From positions 26,226,001 to 26,290,000 of the forward strand of contig CP158635.1 in the NCBI GenBank assembly GCA_050273025.1: a DNA stretch of 64,000 nt. The letters run 5' to 3'. This document shows, in pieces, positions 13,548 through 25,913 of the stretch (position 1 is its first letter; every line of letters begins with the position of its first letter). The stretch comes from Cenococcum geophilum (Eukaryota). A program made the translations under genes and the position numbers. The notes beneath the pieces were generated by a model that searched no databases, was not told where the DNA came from, and was given only the letters and a program-made list of their open reading frames with translations.

Positions 13548-14618
13548 TTATTGTAGGAATTGATCGTTGAGGTAATCAACGAAGAGGTCCTTTATCCTGG
13601 ACTTCGATAGGCTATGTTGTCGGTTCAGCGTGATGAACTGTCGGCGAATGCGTTGTAGCTGTGGCAATGTCATTGGCGACGCTGGTAGCTCGATGGGTTT
13701 CTCAATGTCTGGAATCGCTATTTCTCCACCCTCTTCGCCTACATGGTCTTTCTGCCATGCCAGTATCTGGGAGAGGACGTCCGAAGTTGTCTTGTCGAGT
13801 TCATAGAGGTAATTTTGCTCTGTTGCTGGTTTCTACGCATAAAAATAACTGGTTAGTGGTAATCTATAGGGGTAGATGTGGTACAAGAAATTAGTACGTA
13901 CAAGCACCGTCGCTTGATTTGGCCTAACCACTTTTGCCTTTCCGTCACTGCCGACAATTGCTTCCCATATCTTTTCAAAGGGAGGAGTTTCATCTTCGTC
14001 AAGAACTGTGAAGAGTGGACTGTCCCAGCGACTCATGCCATTCGGCTCTTCATATCTGAAAATCAGGTTTTCAAAGTCTTCTTCCACATACCCTCCATCA
14101 ATTTCCTTGTCTGTGAGCAGTCGCGCATTTATTTCGCGGCATTTCTTAATGGGCGTCCCTACATGCACCTCTAGGAATGTCAGAGCAGCTTCAGCAACAC
14201 TAACGAATCGAAAGCTTACAACACAGTTGGGGGTCTGCAATGCCTTCGCTTCACAATATAGCTGGTATCGGAACCCTTTGATATAATTCATGCCATCGGC
14301 GATGACAATGCCATCTCTGGAGAGCGCTCTCTTCACGGCGGAGTATTCCTCTGCTCTTGCGTCCTTCTCGGCCCTCGCAGTATGGTAGACATCGCGGGAG
14401 ACACCTAGGGTTTGATCATTGATGTGATGAACTTTAAGACGGCTGACACGCGGGTCTTTCGAAGCCGTAATCTTCTCGTTAAAAAAATCCCGCAGCTGGT
14501 TGGAGCGATAGGTTTTGCCGGACGAGGGATAACCCGAGACGAGCACGAGCTGGCATTAAGGATAGAGCATCAGCATTCGATACCAGTCATGGAAGGGTGA
14601 CAGTGTACTGACTGGCAT
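13548..14618 (-). CDS. KTI12: Elongator-associated P-loop protein Kti12 (spliced)
   Basis: A 6-nt first exon (ATGCCA) splices to LVLVSGYPSSGKT. Motifs DGMNYIKGFRYQLYCEAK and RYEEPNGMSRWDSPLF. Last exon NYLYELDKTT..LPQLQRIRRQFI..LFVDYLN, TAA at 13548. Confidence 0.93.
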
Positions 14619-15077
14619 GATTATCCCGTTTATCAGATAATAGGAGCAGGTCTCGGAAATTGATGGTGCCTTTGCTGGGGATACTTCGGCATCACAGGCG
14701 AAACACGGGAATATCATGGTGGGCTTTTGGCGAGCGATGGCGGGGCAAAAAGAGGGATTGTGCCGCGTCGGGGGGCGCAAAAAGGCAAGATTCCCCAATA
14801 TTGGCCTTGGATTAAGCGCTGGGCAGGGTAAATATTTTGCGCATCGAAAGCCTAAGACGCCTAACCTGCCTGACTTTCCCTAACCATACTCGCCCGACGA
14901 CGCTGGTTTACTTGCTCTCCCCGTATCTCTACAATAACAATACAAAGCTCCCCGAAGGCCTTTCACGGCACATCTCACCTCGTAACCCACTCCCCCCTTC
15001 CCACACCTACCACAGCAATCTCCTAACAACTCTCCGGAGAAACTCGGACCCGACTAACTCGATTCTCTCACTGCACA

Positions 15078-15503
15078 ATGTCTTCAACTTCCCCAACCCC
15101 CGCTCGTCCGTTCACCCGGCCCCCCTATCCTCCTCTACCCACGCCGGCATCGTCGTCCAACAGCACCAGCAGCTCTGCCTTCCAGAGCACGAGCAACCTG
15201 TCGTCGCTATCCGCACCGTCACCCGCCTCGGCACCGCTGCCCTCGCCCTCTGCCCAACAGCACTCAGAGCCATTCTTCAGCGCCCTAGGCCCGCAGCGTC
15301 CCCAGCAGCTACAGGAGCTGTACCAGGAACCACAGAGCCCAACGCGGCCGCTGAGCTTCGACTACCGACCAAATCGCGAGGGCGCGGGCCACACGGCGGC
15401 CGAGACGAAGAGCTTGCTGAGTGAGTACGCGCTCGTGGCCGAGGCGGCCAAGCGTGCGCAGATGGCCGTGCTGATGCGGGACATGGAGGGCGTCGAGCTT
15501 TAA
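15078..15503 (+). CDS. Small hypothetical protein, S/P-rich with helical C-terminal motif
   Basis: 141-aa ATG ORF with GC3-rich codons, divergent from KTI12. C-terminus LVAEAAKRAQMAVLMRDMEGVEL. Confidence 0.7.
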   Translation: MSSTSPTPARPFTRPPYPPLPTPASSSNSTSSSAFQSTSNLSSLSAPSPASAPLPSPSAQQHSEPFFSALGPQRPQQLQELYQEPQSPTRPLSFDYRPNREGAGHTAAETKSLLSEYALVAEAAKRAQMAVLMRDMEGVEL

Positions 15504-17287
15504 GCTCTTCTCCAGCTCCACAAAACAACACGACAGTGGCCCGCGAGCGGGTGGGGAGCGCGGAGCCTGCAAATGTGGGGAGTGGGGGCAGATGGGATTC
15601 AACAGTCCCAGCCACGGGTTCTCGCGGTGAGCGAGGATCGAGAGTGCACTTTGGTAGTGGGACATGGAGGTGTGGAAATGAAAGGAGCGGCGGGGGGTTG
15701 CAGGGCACTCGCGTACCTGTATTACGGACCAACAGGAGCTTCAATTCGCCTTTCCCATGCCCCAGCAGCAGGGAATCAAAGGATTCCAATATCTCCGCAC
15801 ATTTCTGGTTTTATCGCTTAGATCTCGCGTCGATCTTTTATTTTCTTTTTTGCCCTGGGTGGACGCACGGATTCCAGCTTAGCTCGAAAAGCCACTCTCC
15901 TAATTCTTTGCTTTGATCTTAATATTTACCCCCGCATAATACTCGGATCCCCACGCCCTCCCACCCAACGCAATGCTTGTAACATACTTCACTTTCACCG
16001 TTTCGGATTTAGCATTTCCTACTAGCGGTACGTTTCAGCAACTATTCAATAGCAGCGGCAGCTTTCCTACCCGTACGTCCTTCCCGCTGCAGTATCCTGT
16101 ATCAGATATCCCCACGCACGTTTTACTTATTTTCTTTGGTGGGCGTTTCAGGCAAGTCTTTCCGACCCCCACCAACCCATCCTATAGACTCCTATCACAT
16201 CTTCTTCGCCGCTAGAAGCAACAAGAGGTCAGTTTGCTAGACCAGTTGATTACAACAGCTCTGTATATACACCATCCACGCTGAATATATAGATTCGGGG
16301 AGCAAGCATGCGCAATATGAGTAATTGTGGCATTGAGCAACCCTTAGCACGTTGCACCTTGCGTGGAGAGTCTATTATGCGGTGGTACCGTGACTGAGCG
16401 GCGTAGTGCAGTGTCTCAGCGCGTAGCAGATGCCTACACCCGCGCAAACTGCAAGCATGTTTCTTTTGTATAACGGAGCACTACCTGCTGCATCATCAAT
16501 CACACATTCGCACGCTTTCTATCTCGCCCACCCTAATGTAAGGCCACCAAGCGCCCTGTAGTCCTAACGAAATTACTTTTTTGTGTCTACCGAAAATTGT
16601 TCTAGCTTGTCTACCGAAACTACCCCCATCCGACATGTCTTATTCTCCAAAACTTTAGTGCTAAACGGGTATCAAGTATATTCTCTTATATAGCCATCCA
16701 CTATTCTCGCTACGCGTCTTTTATACTACGATAGCGGGCCAAAAGAGCTAGTAGCCTTATGAGCACTTATGTGCGTCTTGTCACACGCTAAGATCGGGCC
16801 TGGTTGGGCCGAATTGCGTGCCGGTGAATGATTGCCGATGGACGATGGGCAATGCGCCCTTCGTTAGGTTGGGCGACTATGTGCAGGAAGAGGGATTAAA
16901 GAGAGGTGCGTTGCATTTTAGGGATGTGGATGGCCTAAGGCTAAGGCTTTAGGACTGCGGTATTCTTTCTCTCTAGTCAGGTGATGTGGCTAGCTGCCCT
17001 ATCCGTCAGACTTGGGCAGATGTGCTCTGCTGTCGAGATGGGCGACTGCAATCCATTGGCACCTCAGAAGGGCAATGGAATGGCATGAGCAGGATGCGAT
17101 GGTAAATTCTTGACCAATTGGGTAAGAGGGTTGGCTGCAGCCATGTTAGATATACTCTGCATCAGCTGGAAGTGTTGAGGAAAACAAGTAATGCTAGTGT
17201 AATCCATCCAAGGCAGACTCAAGGCTCACAAGTCGGGATCAAATTTCGCCATGCACGCCCGCTTTGCCCGGACAAGCCAGTAAGCTG

Positions 17288-19280
17288 TCAGCAACACCTG
17301 TTCTTGCACGACGCCGCTTTTCCCGCGTCCCAGCGCCACTGCAGTTCCTGTTGTGCTGCGGCACCATTGTCCACGATCACGCCGTCGACCGCGTCGTCCC
17401 ATGCGACTGGCGTCTGGCGCCCTGTCTCACGATCAAAGCTGACCAGGACAATTGGGCCCGTACAGTCCTCATCACCGTACGATGCTCGTGCGGGTCTGAT
17501 CATATACACTACGCTGCGCTCATCAATAATCCCGACAACCGTCTTACTGAAGCCTGATCCTGCAGCCGTAGGAGGATTGAGGATCCGATGCAGCCGAGCG
17601 GCACAAGGGCATGATGACGCGGCTTCTGGCCACATCCTGATCGGGGCGTAGCGAAAACGGTCGTCGACACCAGACAGAGGCGGGAATGAAGTTTCTTGGA
17701 TGACTTTCGCTTTGCCAGCTGCGCCGTCGAGGGAATCGTCTTCGTGTAGGGGGGCGAGCCGCCTTGAGCCGATCCGCAGACGCAGACATGGTTCGTTGTT
17801 CATTGGCGTGTTTGCGGCGCAGCACTTTTCGTCCTCAACGAGATCGATGAAGGAGCTACACGAGAGGTTGTATGCGCGGAGTTTGGTCCTAGCAAGAATA
17901 AAAGAGCGGGCCGCGTCAGTGTTCACGCCGTATTCCGGATGTGTGTAGCGCGCATACCGGGGTTGAGAAGGCGCCCAGTGAGGGTTATCACCGCTCCCCA
18001 GCAATGCCACATAAGGATCATCTAAAGGAAGAGCTGGTCCCGCAGAGGGTCCTGCGGTAGGAGATGAGCCTAGCGATGACGATGTGGATGACGATTTGGA
18101 TAACGGGAAATTGATATTTTGGGTATAGAAGGTGCGATGCTGTTTACTTGCTCCATCAAGCCACTCACGGCGAGATTCTACTATGACGAGGTGATTGGTA
18201 GACTCGTCCACTTGTAGGCTTAAGTCAGTCCAGGAGTCGTTGATTGGGCCTTCCGCATGTTGCCGACGATATATGCGGGCGTTGATTTCTAAGGCGTTCT
18301 TGGACGGTTGTTCGAGACGGAAGCGAACACAGTGATAAAACGACGTCCAATCAACCTCTTCCACATCGAAGGATGTCTGGTTAGACAGGGCGTAAAAGTA
18401 CCCGTCATGGATTTCGAATGCGACCGTAGAACCGATATCTGACCCAACAAAATCTTCAAGCTGCAATGGCTTGGTATCCGGTGGGAATGCGTGCTTTTGG
18501 TCTAATAATATGCCTTGAATTCTCCACTCATGATGGCCATGGGTCCCAGTTCCGGAGTGTGTTCCAAAGTAAAGAAATGACTCTGTGTGGCGCACAAATA
18601 AGCGGCTACTAGATTCAAGTTCCACGCTGGCAATAAGCCTATGGTCCTCTGGGATATCAGCCTTGGTACTGATAGCAAGGAGCCAGCTGTCGCTAGGTCT
18701 ACTTTTCCTCTCGTAGTGTACTGCTATGATATCATCACTGTAGTATAGCAAAGAAACCTTCGGTTCGACGTTGGAGGTTCCAGGGGGTACTATAATATTA
18801 ATAATAGAAGAAAGATCAATAATTCTGGTAGGGCCAGAAGAGGTGTGTAAGTCCAGTACTCGAATATAGCTTCCCGATAGGAAACAGAGAACGCCTTGTC
18901 GATATAGGAAGGCGGATCCGTAGCCCAGGATTCGCGCCGAGAACGGGGCTGCTTTTGCAAAGGCTTCACGCCTCTCATAGATCCTTTGAACGGCCTCTCG
19001 ATAGGTAATCTCTTCCCTCCGTGCTAGTTTTGCCTCTCGGCTATGAGGCACATGTGTCTGAATACGCGAGTGTAAGCTTACAGAGAGGCAAAAGGGTATT
19101 TCTAAGCAATTAAGAAGGGTCGTGTCAACCAACCTCGATAGTTCGGCGGCATAATGTGCTCTCGTTAAGTAATAGTCGTAATTGTCTACAGGTTAAGCTA
19201 AGGCGGACAACGTCGTCAAAACCAAGACTGGAAGCTATACAGAATAAAACGTCGAACGGTAGCCTATCAAGGGTAGGCAT
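17288..19280 (-). CDS. F-box domain protein (spliced)
   Basis: Exon 1 from ATG 19280 reads MPTLDRLPFDVLFCIASSLGFDDVVRLSLTCRQLR (F-box consensus). It is spliced to the long open frame in 17288..19132. Confidence 0.85.
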
Positions 19281-20803
19281 CTATTCACTGGTTGGCTTTT
19301 GGGACGGGAGATCTAAAGGGGGGGAGGAGGCCGAATTTAAAGCCTGCAAAGGAGTAGTCTCTGACGTTGCGGTGAGCAGATCTGAGTTGTAATGAGGGAA
19401 TAGACTATTCGAGGAAATAATAGCTAGAGCAAATCATAACAGTATGGGACCGGTTGCTTGTGAAGAGGCTCAAACACTGTTTTCCAGACCAAGCCTTATG
19501 CAGTAGGGTTCCCTAGTGGGCCTCAGCTGGGGTTTTTGTATACTTTGAGGCTCCGCAGAAGGGGTGGTGGGTAGGCCTAGGTAGGCCTAGGAAGGTTAGA
19601 GGAGATTTGGTGATGAAACACAAGACTAACGGAAGATTAGCCCGAAGGGCGGGTGATAAAGAGGACATTAGGGCGGTGCATAGCCTAAGCAGATGCTGTA
19701 GATGTGGATGCTCGGGACAGCTCGAGCGGCAATTTCGCTGGCAGAGCCTCAGAACTGGCCTGTGACCTTGCAGTAAGCCCGCATTCGGTGAAAGTGGGTG
19801 GGACGAAATGGGGCAACAGATCAGACGCACAACTAGTGATATGAGGCTCCGTCCCTGCTAGAGGCCAAGGAAGAGCCTTGTCAACTCGGGCTTTGCCAAT
19901 TACTCATTAGCGCATGCTGCTTCCCGTTACGCCGCTCGAATCAGTTTTGAGCCTCAAACAGGCCCGCAACCTGCCGCGTCGGAGGTGTTGCCACAATCCT
20001 CCAGTCAATTTCGTCCATCACCTTGCTTTATCAATTCACTTCATTAAAGTCAACGCTAGTAGGCCATTTTAACTCCAGCCTGATATCTTGTATCGCTCGA
20101 TTCATCAGGTTTCACAAGGCTGTATTCAATATTCAGCCTATCGACGATGAAAAGCCAAACCACTTGCATTACGCAGTCCAACACATTACAGCCTTACTAG
20201 TCAATGTGACTTCATATGCTCCTTGCTGACCCCACGTTGCATAATCTCTCTTGACACAAGTGTCCACCTTTTACGCCCCATTACACACTATCGTTCAGAT
20301 AGTCCGGCACACGGCTGCACAGCATACTCCCCCGACCCTACTATGACTATGTCCACTGGATAACGGCCTTTGTTTGGCCGCCTCACTATTTACGCCCTGC
20401 TTTGGTATAAATCTCCCAAATTAACCTGCATTTCCCAACCGATACAGGCCAACTGCTCTTATCCGTCAACAACGACACTGTATCTGAAGGGGATGGCAGG
20501 CTCGCATCCGAGGGGCTTGTCCAAAGTATTGTTGGTATGCTAGCGCAGAGGATGTTTGAATTGACGAATAAAATATCAGGCTAGGCCGGAAGCTTTCTCA
20601 ATTAGGCTCCCCGGATTTGGGTCTTCGGACCGAGAGCAAGAGGGGTATGAGCATTATAGCTGTTGGATGTAGTGACGTGTCTGTAGAAACGCAGCGCTAT
20701 CCAGTTTGCTAAGACTTAAAAGTGCAGGTGAAACAACCGGCAATTGGTAGTGCGTTGTTTTTGGGCCGATTCAACAGGTCAGATGGATCAGTCATGTTGA
20801 AAA

Positions 20804-21933
20804 TTAAACTTCGGGAGTGCTTCGGTTCCTTGCTTCTCCAGCCCAGCCGATAAATGGCCATCCATACGGAAGAGTTGAGAACGGTGGGAGGATATATCGG
20901 CCTTCGCAACTTGATTTATCTGTACACTGCAGGTCACATAAACCGAAGGTGTTGCAATAACACTCTCTAGTGGAGGGGCAGTGCACAGCCTCCTTGCCGA
21001 ACACCACTACGTGACGTTAGCAGGTGACTCTTATTGGATCAATAAGAGGGCCAGACTCACTATGCCAAGAATACTCCAGTATCCTTCCACTAATGGAATC
21101 GTCCAGTGTAGTGTTGAAGAGCCATTCACGGTATCGCTCATAATCATGCTTTGGACGCTCAAGAACCCTTTCTTTTGTAGCCGCAAACTGAGCACAGCAA
21201 GATACACCTACCGACCCTGGAACTTCCCTCTCGGGAAAGAGCACCTCAAAAGCTTGCTTGTAGTCCCCACCGGCATGTACCTGAGCGCGATGTATTCCCT
21301 GTTCGTCCAAAGGTTTGATTTCAACGGGACAACCAAGTGACCATGCACATCGAATATTAACGTATCCCTCTTTTTCTAGGTACGGAATTTGGAAGTGTCG
21401 TAGCATAGGAAGGCCATCGTAGTCAGGGTCATCGTTATGCCACTGGTATCTATTGGGATGGATAAAGAGGATATTGTCTGGCAGGTGATCGTAGTTATCG
21501 ATAATGAATCTGACTTTGCATTAGCTCTATCTCCTCTCGTTGCCAGCAGACAGTCCGTCCAGTCAGCATACGTTAAATATGCCATAGACTCCCGCCCTTT
21601 GTTTTTCGGCACGGTCAGTTCTGCTGTAGGATCATCCACCGCATATATATTTTTCTCCCAGTCTGGAAAATATGTGGAAAGCCATGTTGCGTTTTCCGTC
21701 CTCTGGCTGGCGACAACAACTGCAGTCCGTCGTTTTGTAGGTGTATGTGCAGTTGGTGCCTGCCGCTCGTTTGCTAGGTCGGTGACCCTGAGATCCTCCT
21801 CAACAAAATAGTCGGGGCCGTTGATAGGGTTCCAAAGCTCTACCTTGAGGTGAAATAGAATCGCGAAGAGCAGCCAAAGCAGGAGCGCAATAAGAGCGGT
21901 TCTCAGAGTGCATCGTCTCCTCAAAGAGACCAT
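20804..21933 (-). CDS. DUF3431 family protein with N-terminal membrane anchor (spliced)
   Basis: Motifs VPKNKGRESMAYLT, VSCCAQFA, SGRILEYSWH and the Cys-rich tail VHCP..ECYC..FG across ORFs 21376, 21017 and 20804. Confidence 0.85.
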
Positions 21934-22510
21934 GTTACATAACGAAAGAACGACACTCGCATAGTAGATGTCAAAGAGAAAGAGAAGGACAGACGGATGG
22001 GATGCAAAAATAGATGAAATGGTCGGTTTAGGGCCGAAATTTAAATTTGACCGGTCAAACAGCTCTTCAGGTAAGCCAGTCTCGCATCTTCAGCCTATTG
22101 AAATTTCACTGGGACGAGTTGCCAAGCAGGCGCAGCGACCAGCCAGCCGGAAGTCTCTCAGGCCTTCCGCAAGCCAAGAGTGGCCCGTCTAGGGGCCAAT
22201 CATGTGTTTAGAAATGGAACTAGACTTTCGCATATAGTATTCACAGAAAAGGGGTTGATAGCGCCCACGATGTTCAAATAAAAGGTTGAGAAGTTTGGCA
22301 GCACCACCATAACAAAAGGGGAAGGGCCCTTCAGAATCGGATAACCGTGGGCCGACTCTGTTTGGGCGACTTTAATACAACTTCTCGAGACAATTCACAA
22401 ATAAATTGGAGAGTAAGAGAATTGATACTGCTAATTGTAAACGCAACGTCTGAAATAGCAGCATACTAAAAATTGCTATGAAATGGCCATATCCTATATA
22501 GTAGAAGTGG

Positions 22511-24538
22511 TCATGAAAGGTTCATATTCCCGCACCGAGATGTATCAAATGCTGCCCCGTACATTATTCCATGAATGTATGTGTCCCCAACAAAATGCCA
22601 ATCAGAAGTGTCCGACTTCGAGTTCTGACGGAGGACAAGAGGAACCCTTCCGCATCGCACCAGAGCTATCCTGTCACCCTTTTGAGCACCACTGGCGGCA
22701 AGCCCAATATACCCTCTAGTCGTTCTAATGAGACGTCTATTTAAAATGGAGTACTTGAACACTTGCATCTCTTTCTTTGACCTCTTCGGAACCGAATCTT
22801 TCCATCCAAACATTTGATGTTTTGCGTACATTATAAAAGCCGCAACCATGCCAAATGCCCAGCAGCTCCAGATAAGAAAGCCTATTGGAAGAGGTAGTTG
22901 AAACACATACCACCAGACGGACCACGACTGCTCCCACTCCTGGAACACGGCCCGGTGGTAATCAAGCTCTCGGGGCGTTCTTCCAGCAAGTAATGTCTGC
23001 CAGTATGCATCCAGCATACCTTCTCCAGTGACATACGGTGTCTTTGAGCGAGCTCGAGCCGCCCCTTCCCAAGTCACCAAAGCGCCGTAGAAACAGCAGT
23101 CACTATAGATGATGTCACTGATGGATCGACCCCATGAGAGACTTTCGACAGGCTTTGCCACTTGCACAATCTCATCCATGACGTAGCCTTGAACGATTAG
23201 TACTTTGCGATCTTCTGAAACCTCCACAGAAAATTCGTGGTTCTTTATATCTCCAGCAGCTTGAAAGCCCGGATCTTCAGGCACTCCTTCAGTAGTTTTC
23301 GCGCGGGGTATCGAGGCCGCAACAAATGGAGTATCCGTCCAGTCCGGAACCCATGACGGCAAAGTCGTTTGGGCTGCTTGTTTAACTGCATGAGGAACAC
23401 TGAGGATGTCCAAGTTGGAATCTAGTTTCATCATCTCTATGGCGGCGTCTGTGAAAATGTCCTCGTCGGTTCGAGTATAATCCGGGTGTAAAGGAAAATT
23501 TGAAATCCCATGTAGGGCAAATATCTTGTCCTTGCCAACCGTCGCCTGGCACGGCCGGTGCCGCAGCATCATCACCAAGAAATCTTCCTGGACCTTCTTC
23601 TGGAAGTTCTCTCGTGTCTTCATCAATGCAGCTACTTTTTCCGCGTGGTTATCCGGGTGGCTTTCCAGTAGGCCTACTGCAAGCATGAATTGCAGAAGCT
23701 CCGCAAAGGTTGACCATGATGTAGAGGAACTTCCGCAATGAAGCATAGCATCCGGTGCGACAGCAATTTCTTGTATAACCCACATTCTTCCAAACCACGG
23801 ACGTTGGAGAAATTGCCCCACGGAACTCCATCCGACATCGTTAAGCTGTGGCAAATGCTTGAACAGGGCTTTCTGCACACCAGGGTCTTTGTAGTTCCGG
23901 TTATCACCCATATAGGTCCGTCGAAGGGCTTCACCAAATGCTTCTGAGAGGTTGAGTACATGATCGCTGTATGAAGCCTCTTCACCGAGCCACACAGCCA
24001 CGGTGTGTGCTTTCTCATAAATCTGTCGCATAAGGCGGACTTGATGGCTCTTTTCTTCGTCGTCGGCTTGGTTGATGCAAATAGCGTCCGCCCAAAAGAC
24101 GCGTTTACCCTCGCCACGGAATCTCAAAAGGGCATCGTGAAGGGATTTGGTGATAGTCATGACATTACCATCGCAGATGATTTTGACGGTATCATTTGGA
24201 TCTCCCCAGCAATAACTAATGGCCACGAACTTCTGATCTTGCGGACACTCAGAAAGCGAGATCTCCTTAGTGTCAATTACGATTGTCTGCTCAGGGTCGT
24301 ACCAGGGGTACGGCTTTGCTTCATGGAGTTCTATGAGACGTATCATGGATGTTGGATCTGCCAGAGGCTTGTATATGAAAGGACTTATGTACCAAGGAGG
24401 GGCACGCAGTGATGCGGCCCATTCAGGAAACAATGCTTGGAATAGCCATTTGAACGAGCGCATTTGCCAGCCTTCATGGCGCTCTCTCATGTTCTCCATT
24501 GCGACATACTCAGTCGCTGTGATTCCACGTGAGGACAT
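22511..24538 (-). CDS. HET-domain (heterokaryon incompatibility, HET-6-like) protein
   Basis: Intronless ORF with IRLIEL, AISYCWG, WADAICINQ.D..EKSHQVRLMRQIY, RPWFGRMWVIQE, DKIFAL, LPSWVPDW and VGDTYIHGIMYG. First ATG at 24538. Confidence 0.92.
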   Translation of the reverse strand: MSSRGITATEYVAMENMRERHEGWQMRSFKWLFQALFPEWAASLRAPPWYISPFIYKPLADPTSMIRLIELHEAKPYPWYDPEQTIVIDTKEISLSECPQDQKFVAISYCWGDPNDTVKIICDGNVMTITKSLHDALLRFRGEGKRVFWADAICINQADDEEKSHQVRLMRQIYEKAHTVAVWLGEEASYSDHVLNLSEAFGEALRRTYMGDNRNYKDPGVQKALFKHLPQLNDVGWSSVGQFLQRPWFGRMWVIQEIAVAPDAMLHCGSSSTSWSTFAELLQFMLAVGLLESHPDNHAEKVAALMKTRENFQKKVQEDFLVMMLRHRPCQATVGKDKIFALHGISNFPLHPDYTRTDEDIFTDAAIEMMKLDSNLDILSVPHAVKQAAQTTLPSWVPDWTDTPFVAASIPRAKTTEGVPEDPGFQAAGDIKNHEFSVEVSEDRKVLIVQGYVMDEIVQVAKPVESLSWGRSISDIIYSDCCFYGALVTWEGAARARSKTPYVTGEGMLDAYWQTLLAGRTPRELDYHRAVFQEWEQSWSVWWYVFQLPLPIGFLIWSCWAFGMVAAFIMYAKHQMFGWKDSVPKRSKKEMQVFKYSILNRRLIRTTRGYIGLAASGAQKGDRIALVRCGRVPLVLRQNSKSDTSDWHFVGDTYIHGIMYGAAFDTSRCGNMNLS

Positions 24539-25913
24539 GACGGAGGGCTCCTTGATCTGAGGACTGGATGCAAAGATGATGCTAAAAAGCGAATGAAATC
24601 TTTTAACAAATTGAGAATGTACTCTATTTTGGACTTTGAATGGGTTGAATGCCTCCTTCACTGCTGCCTAAACAAAGGAATGAAGGATCCGGAAGGTCTC
24701 ACTCTCAATGTCTTCCAAGTTACTGTCCCGGTTAAGGTTGCGTGCCTACTGCGCCGTGTCCGAAAACTTGCGACCACCCGAGCGGCAGCTAAGCGCTATT
24801 CTTGGAGGTGGCTGGGGATTTCTTGGCCACACAGGACGAGAGCCAGAGCTCTTTCTACACCATCAGACAAAACCATTGAGGTTTTGTATGATCATATAGA
24901 CGTCTTTATGCTTTGAAGGGCTACTCAAAAGAATCCTCAACCTAGTGGGTTGGCTTCGCAATCACTATCATTCGCTCAGGTTGCGCTGTCATACCTATGC
25001 AGCAGGGGCAACCACTTGAGGAGCATTTGTCACCAATCTGAGCCTCATCCACCCATCCCACGAACCACAATAGAGGATATACCGCCCGAACCCCACAAAA
25101 GAACTTGAAACGAGCCGAAACCTTTTGCCTCGAAGCCCGAGGCCTGAAAACCCCGCTTTGCCAAGTTCATTTATAGTTTCTTGGCAGCAGCAAGGCTGAG
25201 CACCAACAGCAAGCAAAGCCACCACCATCTATACAGGGAAGAGGTAGGCCGGCTTCCATTCTAAGCACAATGCAGGCATTACTGCAGTCAATACTTCAGA
25301 GGCCTGGAAGGTTCAAGGGTAGAGATTGTCTGGCTGTTTGCGGCGAGTGCAGGAAGTGTTGTCAATGCATTGTTTCCTCCATACCGATTCTGTGGCTTCG
25401 TACAGTCCGGCTAATAGAGCAAACTTATCCCTTTCGCTAGTGTATTTCGTCCTACCGTTATCGATAAGAGCCGGCTAATAGGATCAATAGGATCAAGGCT
25501 CCGCGATCGTATGCATATTTTTGCTTCTGGTGGTAGCTACAAGTAGTATTCATTAGTAACATGCTAATTAAGACAGCCACCTTCCCCGCTCCAGCACCAC
25601 CCATGAAGCTCAAGTGGCCTCTTTCTATAACAGGCAAACCGTCTATCTCCTCAATGGCTTGCATAAATTGAGTACTGGTGGGGCTGAATAAAAGCGTAAT
25701 TGCTGAAAACGGCGTTAAATTGCTGAAATTGTCAGGTTGTATCCTATTCAAACTGCACATACAGCGAGCATAAACGGTAACCTGCATATGCAGAAGCACA
25801 GAGCGTGCGTTCGCAGTTTCGAATATGCACATTTATCTGACGGAAGATTAGAGAGCATGCATCAAGGCAAGCAAGGCTGAGGCGCAAAATATGCGGGGAA
25901 CCTTTATCTCATA

